A DNA stretch of 64,000 bases from assembly GCF_036321535.1 (NCBI RefSeq), contig NC_087436.1, positions 74,836,001 through 74,900,000 of the forward strand, given 5' to 3'. Both the position numbers and the translations under genes were made by a program. The stretch comes from Camelus dromedarius (lineage: Eukaryota). Below the pieces are notes generated by a model. It saw only the letters and a list, made by a program, of their open reading frames with translations. It searched no databases and was not told where the DNA came from. Positions 13,240 through 26,426 of the stretch are shown here, in pieces (positions within the stretch are counted from its first letter, which is position 1; every line of letters begins with the position of its first letter).

Positions 13240-13470
13240 AGAGGAAAGAAATTTATTAGAAAAAAAATGGGGAGGGAGCCAGGTGAGGCTGAGAGAGCCA
13301 TTAGGCTGCAATGCATTCTAATCTGCTCTAGAAAAAAGTAAGGTTGCACGGAAGCTTCTTAGACTGAGTGTAGCTCTAAGGAAAGTTTGGCAAGGCCATT
13401 GCAGAGTCCTTGAGCCACTTTACTTCCCTGCTTGTCCTGCCAGAGTGCCCAAGTGAGGAAGACCAAGGGT
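13240..13470 (-). mobile_element. ERV-L LTR fragment (LTR16-like)
   Basis: Resembles the LTR at 29917-30363 (e.g. tgtagctctaaggaaagtttggcaaggcc). Confidence 0.5.
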
Positions 13471-16400
13471 TATTTGTCCCAGGTAGTGGGGGCAAGATGG
13501 CAGCTCCACTATTGACTTGGCTTTTGGGGAATTTCAATTCCATGCCCTTATATTTCAAGGGCAAATTAACCTGGTTGTGGAAGTCATCAGGCAGTGGGGT
13601 TGCTTTTAATCATCATCTGGCATCTCTTTAAATCTAGCAGATTGCTTGGGATTTAATCAGGCAAAAACAAAATGTTAATAAAAATCACAGCCCAGGTCAT
13701 TGTTTTATATTACATAACTTGAGACATTAGAGTGATGCCAGATAAATTAAAGTTAAGCAGCATTCTTCTTTTGGATGAACTCTATTAATCAAGTGTATTT
13801 TATAATTATTGTTTATTTGATCATCAAGTCCTGAGGGTAAGTTGAAGATTTTAATTTTCTGGGAAATGTATGCCAAAGTATTAAATCAAGAAGACTGCTA
13901 TAAAAGGCAAAGGATACCTAAAATAATGGGGCTACCACAATTGGTCAGTTCATAAATAATACTTGTATGATTTTTATAGGCTGATTGCCAATAATTATGT
14001 CAGTTACTCCTGCTAAGGAAATATCTCATTCCATGATATTAAAGTTAGACTTTACTACAGAAAATCTATTAATTTCATCACAAATTTATAGGATTTTAAT
14101 AAAAACTCATTAATCAAATTGTATAGACATTGAATATCTTTGGAAGGATACCCTCTGTTGAGGGGTCATGGCAGTCAAGATTATGAAGGAGATCAATAAT
14201 GTTCGTTCTTGTGTTAGAATTTGTTTCCTAAATCAATGTACGAATTTAAAAATTACAATAAAAATCAAAGCTATAAATTATAGTTGCTACGATTATCACT
14301 TTAAAAATCACATAGTATTTTGATACTATGATATACTTAACGTAGGAAATATTGGATTTACATAAGAACATATGTACATACTACAGGTTCTGTTTTGTTA
14401 AAACCCTTACCCATTCCTAGGAGACCCTTTCTAGTATAACACCCTGACCATAGCCAATGTGGAATGACCCAGGTTTGGGGAAATATACCAAAGTACCACT
14501 AACACCACGAGAACACACCACACCACAGTCATGTTATGAGGCCACACCATGAGTCCTGGAGAATGCGGAAAGACATTTCCACCTGAACTCTGGGGTAAGA
14601 AATGAGATGTGTTTTCAGACAAGGAAGAGTGAGGAGGCTTGGAGTAGTTCTGCTGGTGGGGCTGAGTTCCATGTGGAGACAGACAAAAATGAGAGGGAAC
14701 ACCCATCTCCCCTTGATGTCAACAACTTCCTTGTGGAAACACTCCTTCTTGAGCAGCTGGGATCCAGGGCAGCAGCCTCTACGATGCGCCTCCAGACTCA
14801 AGGGGACAGGTCTGAGTTCTGGTCCTGCTCCTGAGTGGCAAGGCTGACATTTTGGACATACAATTATTGTTTTGCCCTCCTGAATTTGAGAGGGGACATC
14901 AGTGGGGGTCACCACTAGGGAGAGCTGTGTCCAGCAGAGTAACAAGTGATGAGCTCATCATGATCAATAACAGAAAGAAGCAGATTGCAATGGCCAGGAG
15001 AGGAGGTTGGAGGGGGAAAATCTGTGATGGTTATTCTGGGGTATATAGGCGATAGTACATTCACAAATAGCTAGAAGTCAGTGTCCCCTTCCCTACCCTA
15101 TTTGAAAATAAAACAAAACAACCCAGCCTGTGGGGACTAGGCCAATAAGCTGGCCTTTAAAGGAAGTATCATTATAGCTATGAGCAGGGGACCTTGACGG
15201 ATTACCCTGTATAAGCCCCAAGTTTAGTAACTTCATAGGCTAGCAGGGAAAGCTTCATCTAAAACCATTTCTGCTGGTAACTTAGTTCAGAAGCTCCATG
15301 GACTGAGATCCCATTCTGGGCAGCCCAGAGCAAGATATTTCAGCCTTCTGAATCTGGGGTCTCCAACCCCATATAGGAAATAACTCCATCAGTGCTAGAT
15401 GAGCCGTGTCCTCCCACTGGAGCTTGAATCCCTGAACTTTGAATTAGGCCCTACGTTTCTGATAGGCAAAGTACCAGAAGAGACAGTTACTATACTCTTA
15501 TCAACTGAGGAAAAATTATGCCTGTTACTCAAGGGATGCAAAGCCTCTCCTAGCAGGCAACTTTGTCAGACAATTTTCATAAGGGCTTTCTAGAGTAAGA
15601 GCTAAGGGATGTAGTAAGCAATGACTTCCATGTTCCTGGAACAAAGAGAATAATGGATTTCATTAGCCTGTTTTTTCTTTCTTTCTTTCTTTCTTTTTTT
15701 CATAGCATCCCTTGATGAAAGCTGAAGGCGTAACACCAAAATATAACACAGCAAACGTGATTGTGTATGAGGCCAAGAAAATATTGTCCAAGTACATGAG
15801 GGTCTGGTTCAATCTGAGAATGGAATGTAGAATAACAAGAATTGGATGTTCTGCCTGACCTCCAATCAATTCTTCACAAACATCACTTTTCTCAATTAGT
15901 CTTTTGGAAAGAGGCAGCAGATGATTTGAAATTAACCTCTACTAAGGGTGTAGATAAGAAGTGTTTTGCTTGTTCAAAATTTATCCAAAGCTTTAAAAAA
16001 ATCAAACAACCCTGGAGTAAAGTTACTATCCAACATTATGGTAATTAAACAGCTTAACTAAGGCCTCTGATCCAGATGAATCTCCATCTCTTGTTTGAGA
16101 TAGCCTTGGAAGTCTACATAGGCAAAGCCAGAAGTTTTTAAAATTCCAGGTCTAATGAATATTAGATGGACCCAGTTTCCTACATATTTAGACTTTTAGG
16201 CTATAGGCTCTTTCCACAACTATAAACCTATGTCTGGCAGTTTCTTTCAACTCCGGAATGCCTCCTTGGTTTCAGGGACTATACCTGCCCTTTGGTATCT
16301 GGGTGTTTCTGGCCAGAGGAACAGAAAACTTTTCCCTTTGTGACACAGAGGGAATTCCTCAAGCAGTGCCGATGATTCCGTGGATTTTGGCAAATGTTGC

Positions 16401-19400
16401 AGGCAAGAGCCAGCTCCACCCAAGAGGGGTCCCCTGAGCCACTAGGGTTTTGGAATGAAGAATGAGAGAGAATAATATCTATAGTTTCAGCTGGCTTAGA
16501 GTTTAGACTAGAATGGGTATTTAGCATGTTTGGTCTCAGCTCCTTAGCTTTGATAGAGATGTTGACTATGTCATTCAGCCAGTTTCTCTTTTGGGAAAGT
16601 AGCCTTTCTATGCCTGCTAGAGTTTATCTACTGAACAGATTAACAACTCAACAAGAGACTGTTTTGTATATGCATGGAGCCATACATGTGAAATCTAAGT
16701 CCAAAAGCTACAGTATAAAAACCCAGCCTAACCCTGGTTACTAGGAGAGACTGCTTGGAAGTCCACATGAATACAAGTATGCATCCAAATTAAGACAGTA
16801 TTTTTCAAGATCCCTTTCAGATGACTTATTTGATCAGCTAAGTTGAAGACAAAATAACGAGGTCTAGGATCCAAAATTGATCCTCTATAGGGAAGATGTA
16901 TTTGAACTCTAAGGGAGGTGTAGTCTTTAGATGGGTCCACAGGGCAGTACTAGCAGTTATTTCTCAAAGTTCTAGGCCTTATAAGGTGTGTGTGTGGGCA
17001 GGGAGTGGGAGTCAGGAGTGTCTCTCCAATCCTTGCTCGCAGACCAGATGGGGAGTGTACACAGCTAAGCCCAAGGGTGAACTGTAGGGGGCACAACAGC
17101 TGGGCTCAAGTTTGGTGCTCTGACCAGCAGATGACAGTGTCTAATCACACAGCAGCCCTGTGGCCGCTTGGCTGGATGGAGCCACAACTGGGTCGCTTCT
17201 AAGAGGGCTTCCTGGGAAGAAACGACCAGTGGTGGCTGACTCAAGCAGTCTTAGAACACCTGGGGTTCTACAACTATGGGTAAAGATATGTAGTTCTTGG
17301 GAGTAGAATGTCCAGGTTAAGCTAATTGACCTAATCAGAGGCTGATTAGCAGAAAGAGGACCCCAAGAAGGAAAGGAGATTCTGAAAGGCTAAAGTAGAG
17401 CAAAGACAAACCAGAGAAGAAGCAAGAGTCTGACCAACAGGTGTAGGTCTCAGGAGAGAGCCAGTCCCAGGGAGGCCAGAGAAAAGACTGGTTCTGTCAG
17501 TGGGGAAGTTATGGGAATGCATTTCAAAGCACCAGTGCTCATGGCTCTGTTGACCTCTCCTCTCTCACAAAGTAGATTATGCCCCAAACATATACTGAGC
17601 TAGCATAGCTGGCAACAGGTGGGCAAGACACAGATGATCTCTTCTCTCTTGGATCTGTTTTCTGGTTAAGGCATCTGACCTCTTTTACCTGCCTTGGGAG
17701 GGGTGTTCCTTACAGTGGTTCAGCAGTCCCACCTGGATGGGTCCCTCCTCTTTGGATGCTGCTATCTTGCCAAAGCGTGATGGGGCCTGGCTTATATGAT
17801 TTGTTTTGGGGTCTACTAAAATGGAAATGACAGTGGGGGGGGGGCTTTTACAAGATAAGAGATACTGGGTGTCACAGGAAGAAAATAACTTACTATACCA
17901 TAGCAACTTTGATTCTAAAATATAAACCTAGTGAATTTTAGTGATTTGCCTAGAAACTAAACTATATAAGAAAATTACTTACTAGAATCATGGCTTATAA
18001 TTATGAAATAGTGATTTTAAACACATATTAAATATACTTTTACTTATTAAAAACACTAATACTTTATGGCCTTAAGTTGTTATCAGCTTTAAATAGACTG
18101 TTATAAATATATAAGCATATATATATATATATATATAGTAACCACAAACAAAAATTTATAGTAAATACACAAAAGATAAAGGAGTATAAGCATACTACTA
18201 CAGAAAAATCATCAAATTAGAAGGAGACAAAGAGGTAGGAACAAAAGCATTACAAATAATCAGAATAATTAACAAAAATGGCAATAGTAAGTTCATACTT
18301 ATTGATAATTACTTTAAATTTAAATGAAGTAAATTCTCCAATCAAATGACATAGAGTGGCTACATCAATTTTTTTTAAAAAGACTCAACTATGCTGCCTA
18401 CAGGAGACTCACTTCAGATGTAAGGACACACAAAGACTTACAGTGAAAGGATGGAAAAAGCTACTCCATGTAAATGGAGACCAAAAGAAAGTAGAGGTAG
18501 CTCTACTTTTTTCAGAGGAAATAGACTTTATGACAAAGACTGAATTAAAAGACAAAGTCCTTTTATGATGATAAAAGGGTCGATCCAACAAGAGGGTATA
18601 ATATTTATAAATATTTATGCACCAAACATTAGAGTATCTAAATATATAGTGCAAATATTAATAGATCAAAAGGGAAAAACAGCAAACTGTAATATTAGGA
18701 GACTTCAATTTCTTACTTGCAAAGATGACTAAATCATTGAGACAGAAAATCAATAAGGAAACATTGGATTTAAACAACACTTAACTTGATGGACTTAATA
18801 GACATTAACAGAAGATTCCATCCAAAAGCAGCAGAATACACATTCTTCGTAAGTACACATGGAATATTCTCTAGCAAAGATCATATGTTAGGCCACAAAA
18901 CAAGTCTTAATTAATTTAAGAAGACTGAAATCATATCAAGCATAATAAGCTGATATGCTAGTGAAAGTTTGCAAATATGTGGAGATTAAACACATGCTGC
19001 TGAACAACCAGTGGATCAAAGAAGAAACAAAAGAGAAATTTTTAAAAACCTTGAGATAAATGAAAATAGAAATACTTCCAGAATTCAGCAAAGGCAGTCC
19101 TAAAAGGGAAGTTCATAGCAATAAAAGCCTACATTAAGACACAAGGAAGATTTAATTAATAAATATTTTTACTTTTATTACATGTTATTTATTATATATT
19201 ATATAATATATATATTCTTTATTACATCTTATGTAATATAACATATAACTACATATAATTTATTATATTATTATTATATAATATATAATATATAATTAAT
19301 ATATAATATTATATATTATATAATATATATATTATAGTAGAGGTATAGGTATTACATTTAGGTATTACATTAATACCTAAAATTATTATTTTAAAGGTAT

Positions 19401-20254
19401 TAATGTAATTAATACCAAATCTTATCAAACTGTTCCAAAAAACAGAAGAGAAGGGAGTGCTTCCAAATTCATTTTATGAGATCAACATTACCCTACCCCA
19501 ATACCAAAACCAGACAAGAGCACTACAAGAAAAGAAAACTACAGGCCAGTATCCTTCATGAACACAGAAGCAAAAATCCTCAACAAAATGTCAGCAAACC
19601 TAATTCAACAGCACATTAAAAGGATTATACACCATGATCAAGCTGAATTCATTCCAGAACTTCAAAGATGGCTCAACATTTGTAAATCAGTTAATGCAAC
19701 ACATGTTAACAAAATGAAGGATAAAAATCATACGATCATCTCAGTAGATGCAAAAAAGCATTTGAAGAATTCAACATCCACTTATGACTAAAAATTCTCA
19801 ACAAACTACATATAGCAGGAATGTACCTCAACATAATAAAGGTCATATATGACAACCTATGCCTAACATTGTACCTAATGGTGAAAAGCTAAAAGAGTTT
19901 CCTCTAAAATCAGGAAAAATCATTCTTACCACTTTCATTCAACATTGGAAGTCACACAGTAGGAAAGGGTGATGGTGGAATTTGAACTCTTGCAATATTA
20001 ATCCAGAGCTCCTAGCCAGAGCAATCAGGCAAAAAAAAAGAAATAAAAAGCATCCAAATAAGAATGGAAGAGGTAAAATTGTCTCTATTTGCAGATGACA
20101 TGATATTTTATATAAAAACCCTAAAGAATTCACAAAAAAATGTTAAGACTAATAAGCAAATATAGTAAAGTTGCAGGGTACAAATTCAATATGTAAAAAC
20201 CACTTGTGTTTCATATATTGACAACAAACTATCAGAATGAGAAATTAAGAAAGC

Positions 20255-20450
20255 ACTATTAGGTATGAAATAAGCTACAAAGATATAGTATACAATATGG
20301 AGAATAAGGCTAATCTTTTATAATAACTATAAGTGGAGTATAACATTTAAAAATTATGAATCACTGTATTATACATCTTAACTTACATAATATTGTACTG
20401 CAACTATACGTCAATAAAAAATAAAATTAAAAAGCCAAAACAAACAAAAA
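20255..20450 (+). mobile_element. Short L1 3' end nested in the older L1
   Basis: 3' UTR sequence ending caactatacgtcaataaaaaataaaa interrupts host ORF2 between gaaattaagaaag and aacctcatttata. Confidence 0.75.
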
Positions 20451-21853
20451 GAAAATAACCTCATTTATAATTGCATCAAAAAGAATGAAATATATGGGAA
20501 GAAATTTAACCAAGGAGGTGAAAGATCTGTACGCTGAAAACTGTATGACACTGATGAAAGAACCTGAAGAAGACACAAATATATGGAAAGATATTTCATG
20601 CTCATGGATTGGAAGAAGTAACATTGTTAAAATGTCCATACTATACAAAGCCATCCACAAATCCAACGCAATGTCTATCAAAACTTCAATGGTGTTTTTT
20701 TCCCCACAGAAATAGAACAAAAAATCCTTAAAATTTGTATGGAACCACTGAAGACCCATAATAGCCAAAGCAATATTGAGAAAGAACAAAGCTGGAGGCA
20801 TTATGCTCTCTGATTTCAAACCATACTACAAAGCTACAGTAATAAAAACAGTATGATATTGTCCTAAAAACAGACACATAGATCATTGGGACAGAATAGA
20901 GCACCTAGAAATAAACCCACTCATGTATGGTCATTAAGAGTTTATGACAAAGGAGCCAAGTATACACAATGGAGAAAGGACAGTCTCTTCAACAAACAGT
21001 TACATGCAGAAGAATGAAGCCAGATCACTCTTTTACACCAGACACAAAAATTAACTGAAAATGGATTAATGACTTGAATGTAAGACCTAACCATAAAACT
21101 CCTAGAGAAAACATAGGCAGTAAACTCCTTGACATTGGTCTTGGCAATGATTTTTTGGACTTGACACCAAAAGCAAAGGCAACAAAAGCAAAAATAAACA
21201 AGTGGGACTACATCAAACAGAACCTCTGCACAGCAAAGGAAACAATCAAAAAATGAAAAGACAACCTAGGGAATGGGAGAAAATACTGGCAATTATATCT
21301 GAGAAGAGGTTAATATCCAAAAATATATAAAGAACTCATAAAACTAAATGGCAAAAAATAACTAATTTGATTGAAAAATGAGCAGAGGAACTGAATAGGC
21401 ATTTTTCCAAAGAACACATCCAAATGGCCAATGGGTTTGTGAAAAGGTGTTCAACGTCACTAATATTCAAGGAAAAGCAAATCAAAACTATAATGAGATA
21501 TAACCTTACACTTGTTAGAAGGGCTATCATCAAAAGGACAAGAGAAAAAAAGTGTTGGTGGGGATGTGGAGAAAAGGGAACCCTTGTGCACTGTTTGTGG
21601 GAATGTACATTGGTGCAGTCACTATGGACAACTCTATGAAGACTACTCAAAAATTAAAAATAGACCTACCATATGATCCAGCAATTTGACTTCTGGGTAT
21701 AAATGTGAAGAAAATGATATCGCTATGTCAAAGAGACATCTGCACTCCCATGTTCACTGTAGCACTATTTATAACAGCCAAGACATGGAAATAACCTAAG
21801 TGTTCATCAACAGATGAATGAATAAAGAGGATGTGGTGTATACGTATGGAATA

Positions 21854-22068
21854 CAGTTGACCCTTGAACAACACGCGGGTTAGGGAGCCAATCCCCTGCA
21901 GTCAAAAATCTGTGTATAACTTTATGGTCAGCCTTCTGTATCCACGGTTTTGCACTCATGAATTCAACCAACTTATGGATCATATAGTACTATAGTACAC
22001 ATTTATTGAAAAAAATTCACATAAAAGTGAACCAGCACGGTTCAAATTGTATTGTTCAAGGGTCAACT
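21854..22068 (-). mobile_element. Tigger2-type MITE (TcMar-Tigger) nested in L1
   Basis: TIRs cagttgacccttgaacaa / ttgttcaagggtcaact at a TA site; same element as 39125-39347 in opposite orientation. Confidence 0.9.
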
Positions 22069-22605
22069 ATTATTCAGCCATAAGGAAATCTTGCTTTTTG
22101 TGACAACATGCATGGACCTGAGGGCATTATACTAAGTGAAAAAGTCAGACAGAAAGACAAAACTGTATGATCTCATTTATACATGGAATGTAAAACAAAA
22201 ACAAAAACAAAAAAACCCTAATAGAAACAAAGAACAGATTGGCAGTTGCCAAAGGTGGGGGTGGGACATGGGAAAAATGTGTGAAATTTGTCAAAAGGCA
22301 TAAACTTTCAGTTATAAGATACATAATTCCTGGTGATGTAATGTACAGCAATGGTGACTATAGTTAACATTGCTGTACTATATGTTTGGAAGTTGCTGAG
22401 AGAGTAGATCTTAAAAGTTCTCATAACAAGAAAAAAATTTATAACTGTGAGATGGTGGATGTTATGTGAACTGATTGTGGTAATCATTTTGCAATATATA
22501 CATATATCAAATCATTATGTTGTATACCTTAAACTGGTACAATGTTATATGTCAATTATATCTCAATGAAATTGGAAAAAAAAAAAAAAAAGGAAATTGG
22601 CACAA

Positions 22606-22984
22606 TGTGCAGCCCTGGGGATGCCCCCTTAGATTTCCTTTCAAGAAATAACTTACCCCAGAGCTCTGAGGAGAGCAGTTGCTGACAGCCTCTCTGCAGT
22701 GCCTTTGGGATCTAACCCAATATTGGAGCAGTTCCCAGCCAAAGAGTTAGTACAATGAAAATACAAAGACCTGCCTGGCCGTTTCTGACCAACTCCTTTG
22801 GGGGTAATCTTTGCTCCAGGGCCCCCTTGAGTTGCCCAAGATATCATTGGATATATAATGTGGTACAAAAATCTCCCCTGTCCAATACTGCTTCCTCCTC
22901 CTTTATTTTCATACCCCACCATAAGCCTCTTACACTCCTAATTCCGTCTCAGCATCTCTTTCCTAGAGGATCTGAACTGACACA
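22606..22984 (+). mobile_element. ERV-L 5' LTR (LTR16B-like)
   Basis: TG start; ends ttcctagaggatctgaactgacaca; followed by PBS-like ttggtaccaag. Confidence 0.75.
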
Positions 22985-23120
22985 ATTGGTACCAAGTATG
23001 GTCTGAGAAAGCAAGATAGGTTTTGGGGACTGGGTCACTCATTTCCCAGCTGGCAATGCAAACTCCATCCTGGCTGTTATGGGATAGATGGATAATCTAT
23101 GGATATGTCAGAGGTAGGGG

Positions 23121-23871
23121 CAGGGGGATGGACAAACCACAGCCCAAGAGCCAAATTCTGCCTGCCACCTATTTTGTTTTTGTTTTAGTTTGTATAGGAA
23201 AGTCTTTATTTTACCTTCAGTTTTTTTTAAATCAATAGATTTTCTTGTGTGTGTGCAGTTTTAGATATACAGAAAAATTGAGCAGAAATCCCCTCACCTA
23301 CCCCCAAGTTAGCCCTATTGTTAACATCTTGCATTAATATAGCACAGTTGTTACAACTGATGAGTCAATATTGGTACAATATTACTAACTAAAGGCCATA
23401 GTTCACATTATGATTTACTTTTTTTGTGCATTCTATGGCTTTTGACTAATGTATAATGACACATAGCCACCATTATAGTATCATACAGAATAGTTCCACT
23501 GCTCTAAGAATTCCCTGTGCTTCATCTATTCATCCCCAAATCCCTGGCAAGAACTGAGCTTTTTAGTCTCCATAGTTTTGCCTGTATCAGAGTCGTATAG
23601 TTGGAATGATACAACTACCTTTTTTTTTTTAAGTTTTATTGGATCTCAGCCATGTGCATTCATTTACTTATTGTCTACTTTTGCACTACAGCAAGAGAGT
23701 TGAGTAGTTGCTACAATAACTCAATACTAATAATAATAGGCACAATATTTTCTGTGTTTGCTTCTTTTGCACTACAACAAGGGAGCTGAGTAGTTGCCAC
23801 AGAGACTGTTTTGTCCTCAAAGCCAAAAGGACTTACTATCTAACCCTTTACAGGGAGTTTGCTGACCCCTG
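23121..23871 (+). mobile_element. MER58A (hAT-Charlie MITE), interrupted by an L1 fragment
   Basis: Termini cagggg...cccctg; aagttttattggatctcagccatg and gagttgagtagttgc motifs. Confidence 0.85.
23190..23630 (-). mobile_element. L1MC-type 3' UTR fragment
   Basis: gcagttttagatatacagaaaaattgagcagaaa and accattatagtatcatacagaatagttccactgc are typical antisense L1MC1 3' end sequences. Confidence 0.8.
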
Positions 23872-26232
23872 TTCTATGGCACAAGGTGGCAGCCCAATTG
23901 TTAAAATTCTCTCCTTGTTGACTTAGTGGAATGTTCTAGTAGAAGATAACAGCTTGGCCAGAGTAATCATTCAGTCATTTGAAAAGCAGGCATGGGTAGG
24001 TACGGAAGAAAATGAAAAACAAAGACAACAGAGTTGGCAGGCTGGTAGTAAATCATATTGATCCACCAGAGAGAGAGCGAAAAGCTGAGGCAATTAACAA
24101 ACCATTAAAATCAAGTGTAAAGGCCACAGAACTTCTTTAGAAGCTTCCAAAAAGCCCGTATTGCCTGAAGTGAAACAGCAAAAGAAGTGGAAGGCCAAAC
24201 TCTGGATTTAATGGTTAAAGTTGCTGAGAAGCAAAGTTGACTGATGCTCAACTGAGGCAGGTCTCTTATGACAAGGCTGGGGTCTGATTGGACAACCTGG
24301 GACCAAGGTATGGGATGGAACTATGTTACTCCTCATGCTCCTCTGAGACCTTAAAGACTGCAGATGTGGCTGGTCCATCCTGTCCTTTCCTATAAAGAGA
24401 GTTACCTCCTACCTCAGCCCCCACCCGACACTTTGCAAGGCAACAGAGGCTCCACCATACGATCGGCCCCGTTTTCTCTGGCATCCAGCTGATACCTGGG
24501 GTTAAGCATAGCACAGCTAGGTAGATAATGTGCCTGACAAGGAGAGAAAGGAATCTGCAAGAACTGGCCAACATAAACTGGCAGGGGTCTGGAGAACACC
24601 CAGGGATTTGGATTTGGGTTTAAATTTGAGTGTGCTTGACATAGGGAACCAGGACATCAGACTAGATAAGGGAGAGTTTGTTGACCTCTGGTAGTGGATT
24701 TAACATCCTGTTAAGGGCTTCAAGGGATGTAGCGAGCTTACTGCTATGTTGGCTTCTAGGAGCTTGGAAATTGCAAGTGTCCATGCTGAGCCAAACTGAA
24801 ACACCTTAATTGCAGTAAGACAGTAGAGGATGGAACTAAAAAGCCCAAGGACATATGCATACTGGGTTAAATATATTTTGTGATGATAAAAGACCTACCA
24901 CAGAATTATGTTCCATGGGACAGCACAAAAGACACCCGTTCACCAAGGCCATTAGGAATGCACTGACAAGAGGGGCACTAATAGTAGTAAAAAGTTCAAT
25001 AGTTCAGCTCCCTTCTGAAGGCCAGTTACCAGCAGTAGGATGTGCCTTTAAAGGTCTTGGCTCATTTCTAATAATGGAATGGTGGGGCTCCTGAAGCAAA
25101 AGAGGCCAGGTGGCAGCCCTCAACCAGCAAAGGCGAGGGTGAGATGATTATAATAATTATTACAAAGCCAGGAAAGATTGGAATGGCAGCCAAGTGGAAA
25201 TGATCTCCAGAGAGTTCTGAGATGTGTAACAGAACACAACATTCATAGAAACAATATACATGAGAAGTCAATGAAGGCACCGATTAAAACCTATAATGAG
25301 AAGAACAAACAAACGAATGAGAAGGCTGAGAATGTTTACCCCAATAAATAGCTATATTCTCTTGCCTTGTGCCCAGATTGAGCCAGAATGACTGCCAGTT
25401 GGTATTTGTCAGCCTTTGTCATCTGCCGCCCCAGAAATGGCATGATGGACATGCAGACATACAGAGGGTCCACAGTCACAGAGATGGAGGTTATGAGTGG
25501 ACCCAGCCATGTGGACTTTCAATCACTGAGGTCAATCTAGCTACTGCTGCTTCTGAATGTTCAGCCTGCCAGCCACATAGACCAATGCTGAGCCCCTGAT
25601 ATTGAGCTCTTTTCAAGGAGACCAACTAGCCATTAGGAGGGAAATTAATTACCTTTCAACTCTTCCATCCCAGAAAAGCTATTGAATCATTCTCACAAGA
25701 ATAGACACTCCTGATATGGGTTTGCATTTCTTGCTTTCAGCACCTCATTCAGCATCACTGTCCAGATTATTAGAGAGTCCCCGATCCACACAACACAGTG
25801 TCTGACCAAGGTCTCCTACTACAGTGAAGGAGGTATGGGAGTGAGCCATGACCATGGGGTTCCCTAGTCATAGATCCTGCATCATCCGGAATCAGCTCAG
25901 AGAGCTCTGGAAAGGCCTGCTGATAGCAGAACTGAGGTTCCAGCTCAGAAGATGTACCTTTCTCCAGAATACATTACGTGCATTATCAAGAGATTTCTAG
26001 ATGGCACAGGAATGCCAACAGGGAGCACATATGGACAAGGAGCCAAGAGTTGGAAGCAGGAATGTCTTTACTCATCATTATGCTCAATATCTCACTAGGG
26101 AACCTCATGCTTCTCATCCCCACAAATCTGGGCTCTTCTGTGTTAGAAGTTCTGGTCTCCAAAGTAGGAGCACTCTTGCCTGGTAATACAGAAAGGGTCC
26201 CAGGGAACTGTAAACTATGATGGCCACCAGGG

Positions 26233-26426
26233 CACAGAACTTATCCTTGGAGTTACTCTCCAGTTGCTCACAGTGGTAGCTGGCTTGATAACATACACTT
26301 TATTGGCTCTACTTTGCTTCCCTGTTTCCCTTCCCCACTCTCCTACTAGTGTTCCCTCAACCTCTCAAATAAACGCCTTGCATTCTAGCCTCATAGTCTG
26401 CTTTTGGGGAACCCCAAACTAAGGCA
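26233..26426 (+). mobile_element. ERV-L LTR 3' portion (LTR33-like)
   Basis: tttattggctctactttgcttccctgtttcccttccccactc...aaataaa...ctgcttttggggaaccccaaactaaggca. Confidence 0.75.

Larger units (their letters stand above)
11048..13240 (+). mobile_element. ERV-L internal remnant (ERV3-16A3-like), interrupted by MLT1C and an L1 tail
   Basis: Pol remnant tttgaaaaacagctcttggcttgctactgggccttggtg = FEKQLLACYWALV at ~12579-12617; gag-like segments around it. Confidence 0.75.
18070..22591 (+). mobile_element. Old L1 (L1MA9/10-like): inter-ORF region, ORF2, 3' UTR, poly(A)
   Basis: ORF2 start ATG 18278 (MAIVSSYLLIITLN); CCLQETHF; tttgcagatgacatg (FADDM) ~20088; [19 protein letters not shown]-tail 22576-22591; many stops and frameshifts. 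Confidence 0.92.
22985..26232 (+). mobile_element. ERV-L internal remnant (gag, integrase zinc finger, dUTPase), heavily deleted
   Basis: ORF 25369-25599 HRDGGYEWTQPCGLSITEVNLATAASECSACQPHRPMLSP matches the ERV-L integrase HHCC region; ORF 25978-26220 LEVLVSKVGALLPGNTERVPGNCKL matches the ERV-L dUTPase N-terminus. Confidence 0.85.

Noticed and set aside
14431..14945. Overlapping ORFs (138 aa Cys-rich; 91 aa with hydrophobic tail) in unique DNA
   Set aside because: No recognisable homology or exon structure; lengths are compatible with chance. A TBLASTN/conservation check would be needed to revive them.
25369..26220. Domesticated integrase or dUTPase gene
   Set aside because: Short fragments with stops, frameshifts and degenerate motifs; ordinary ERV-L decay.
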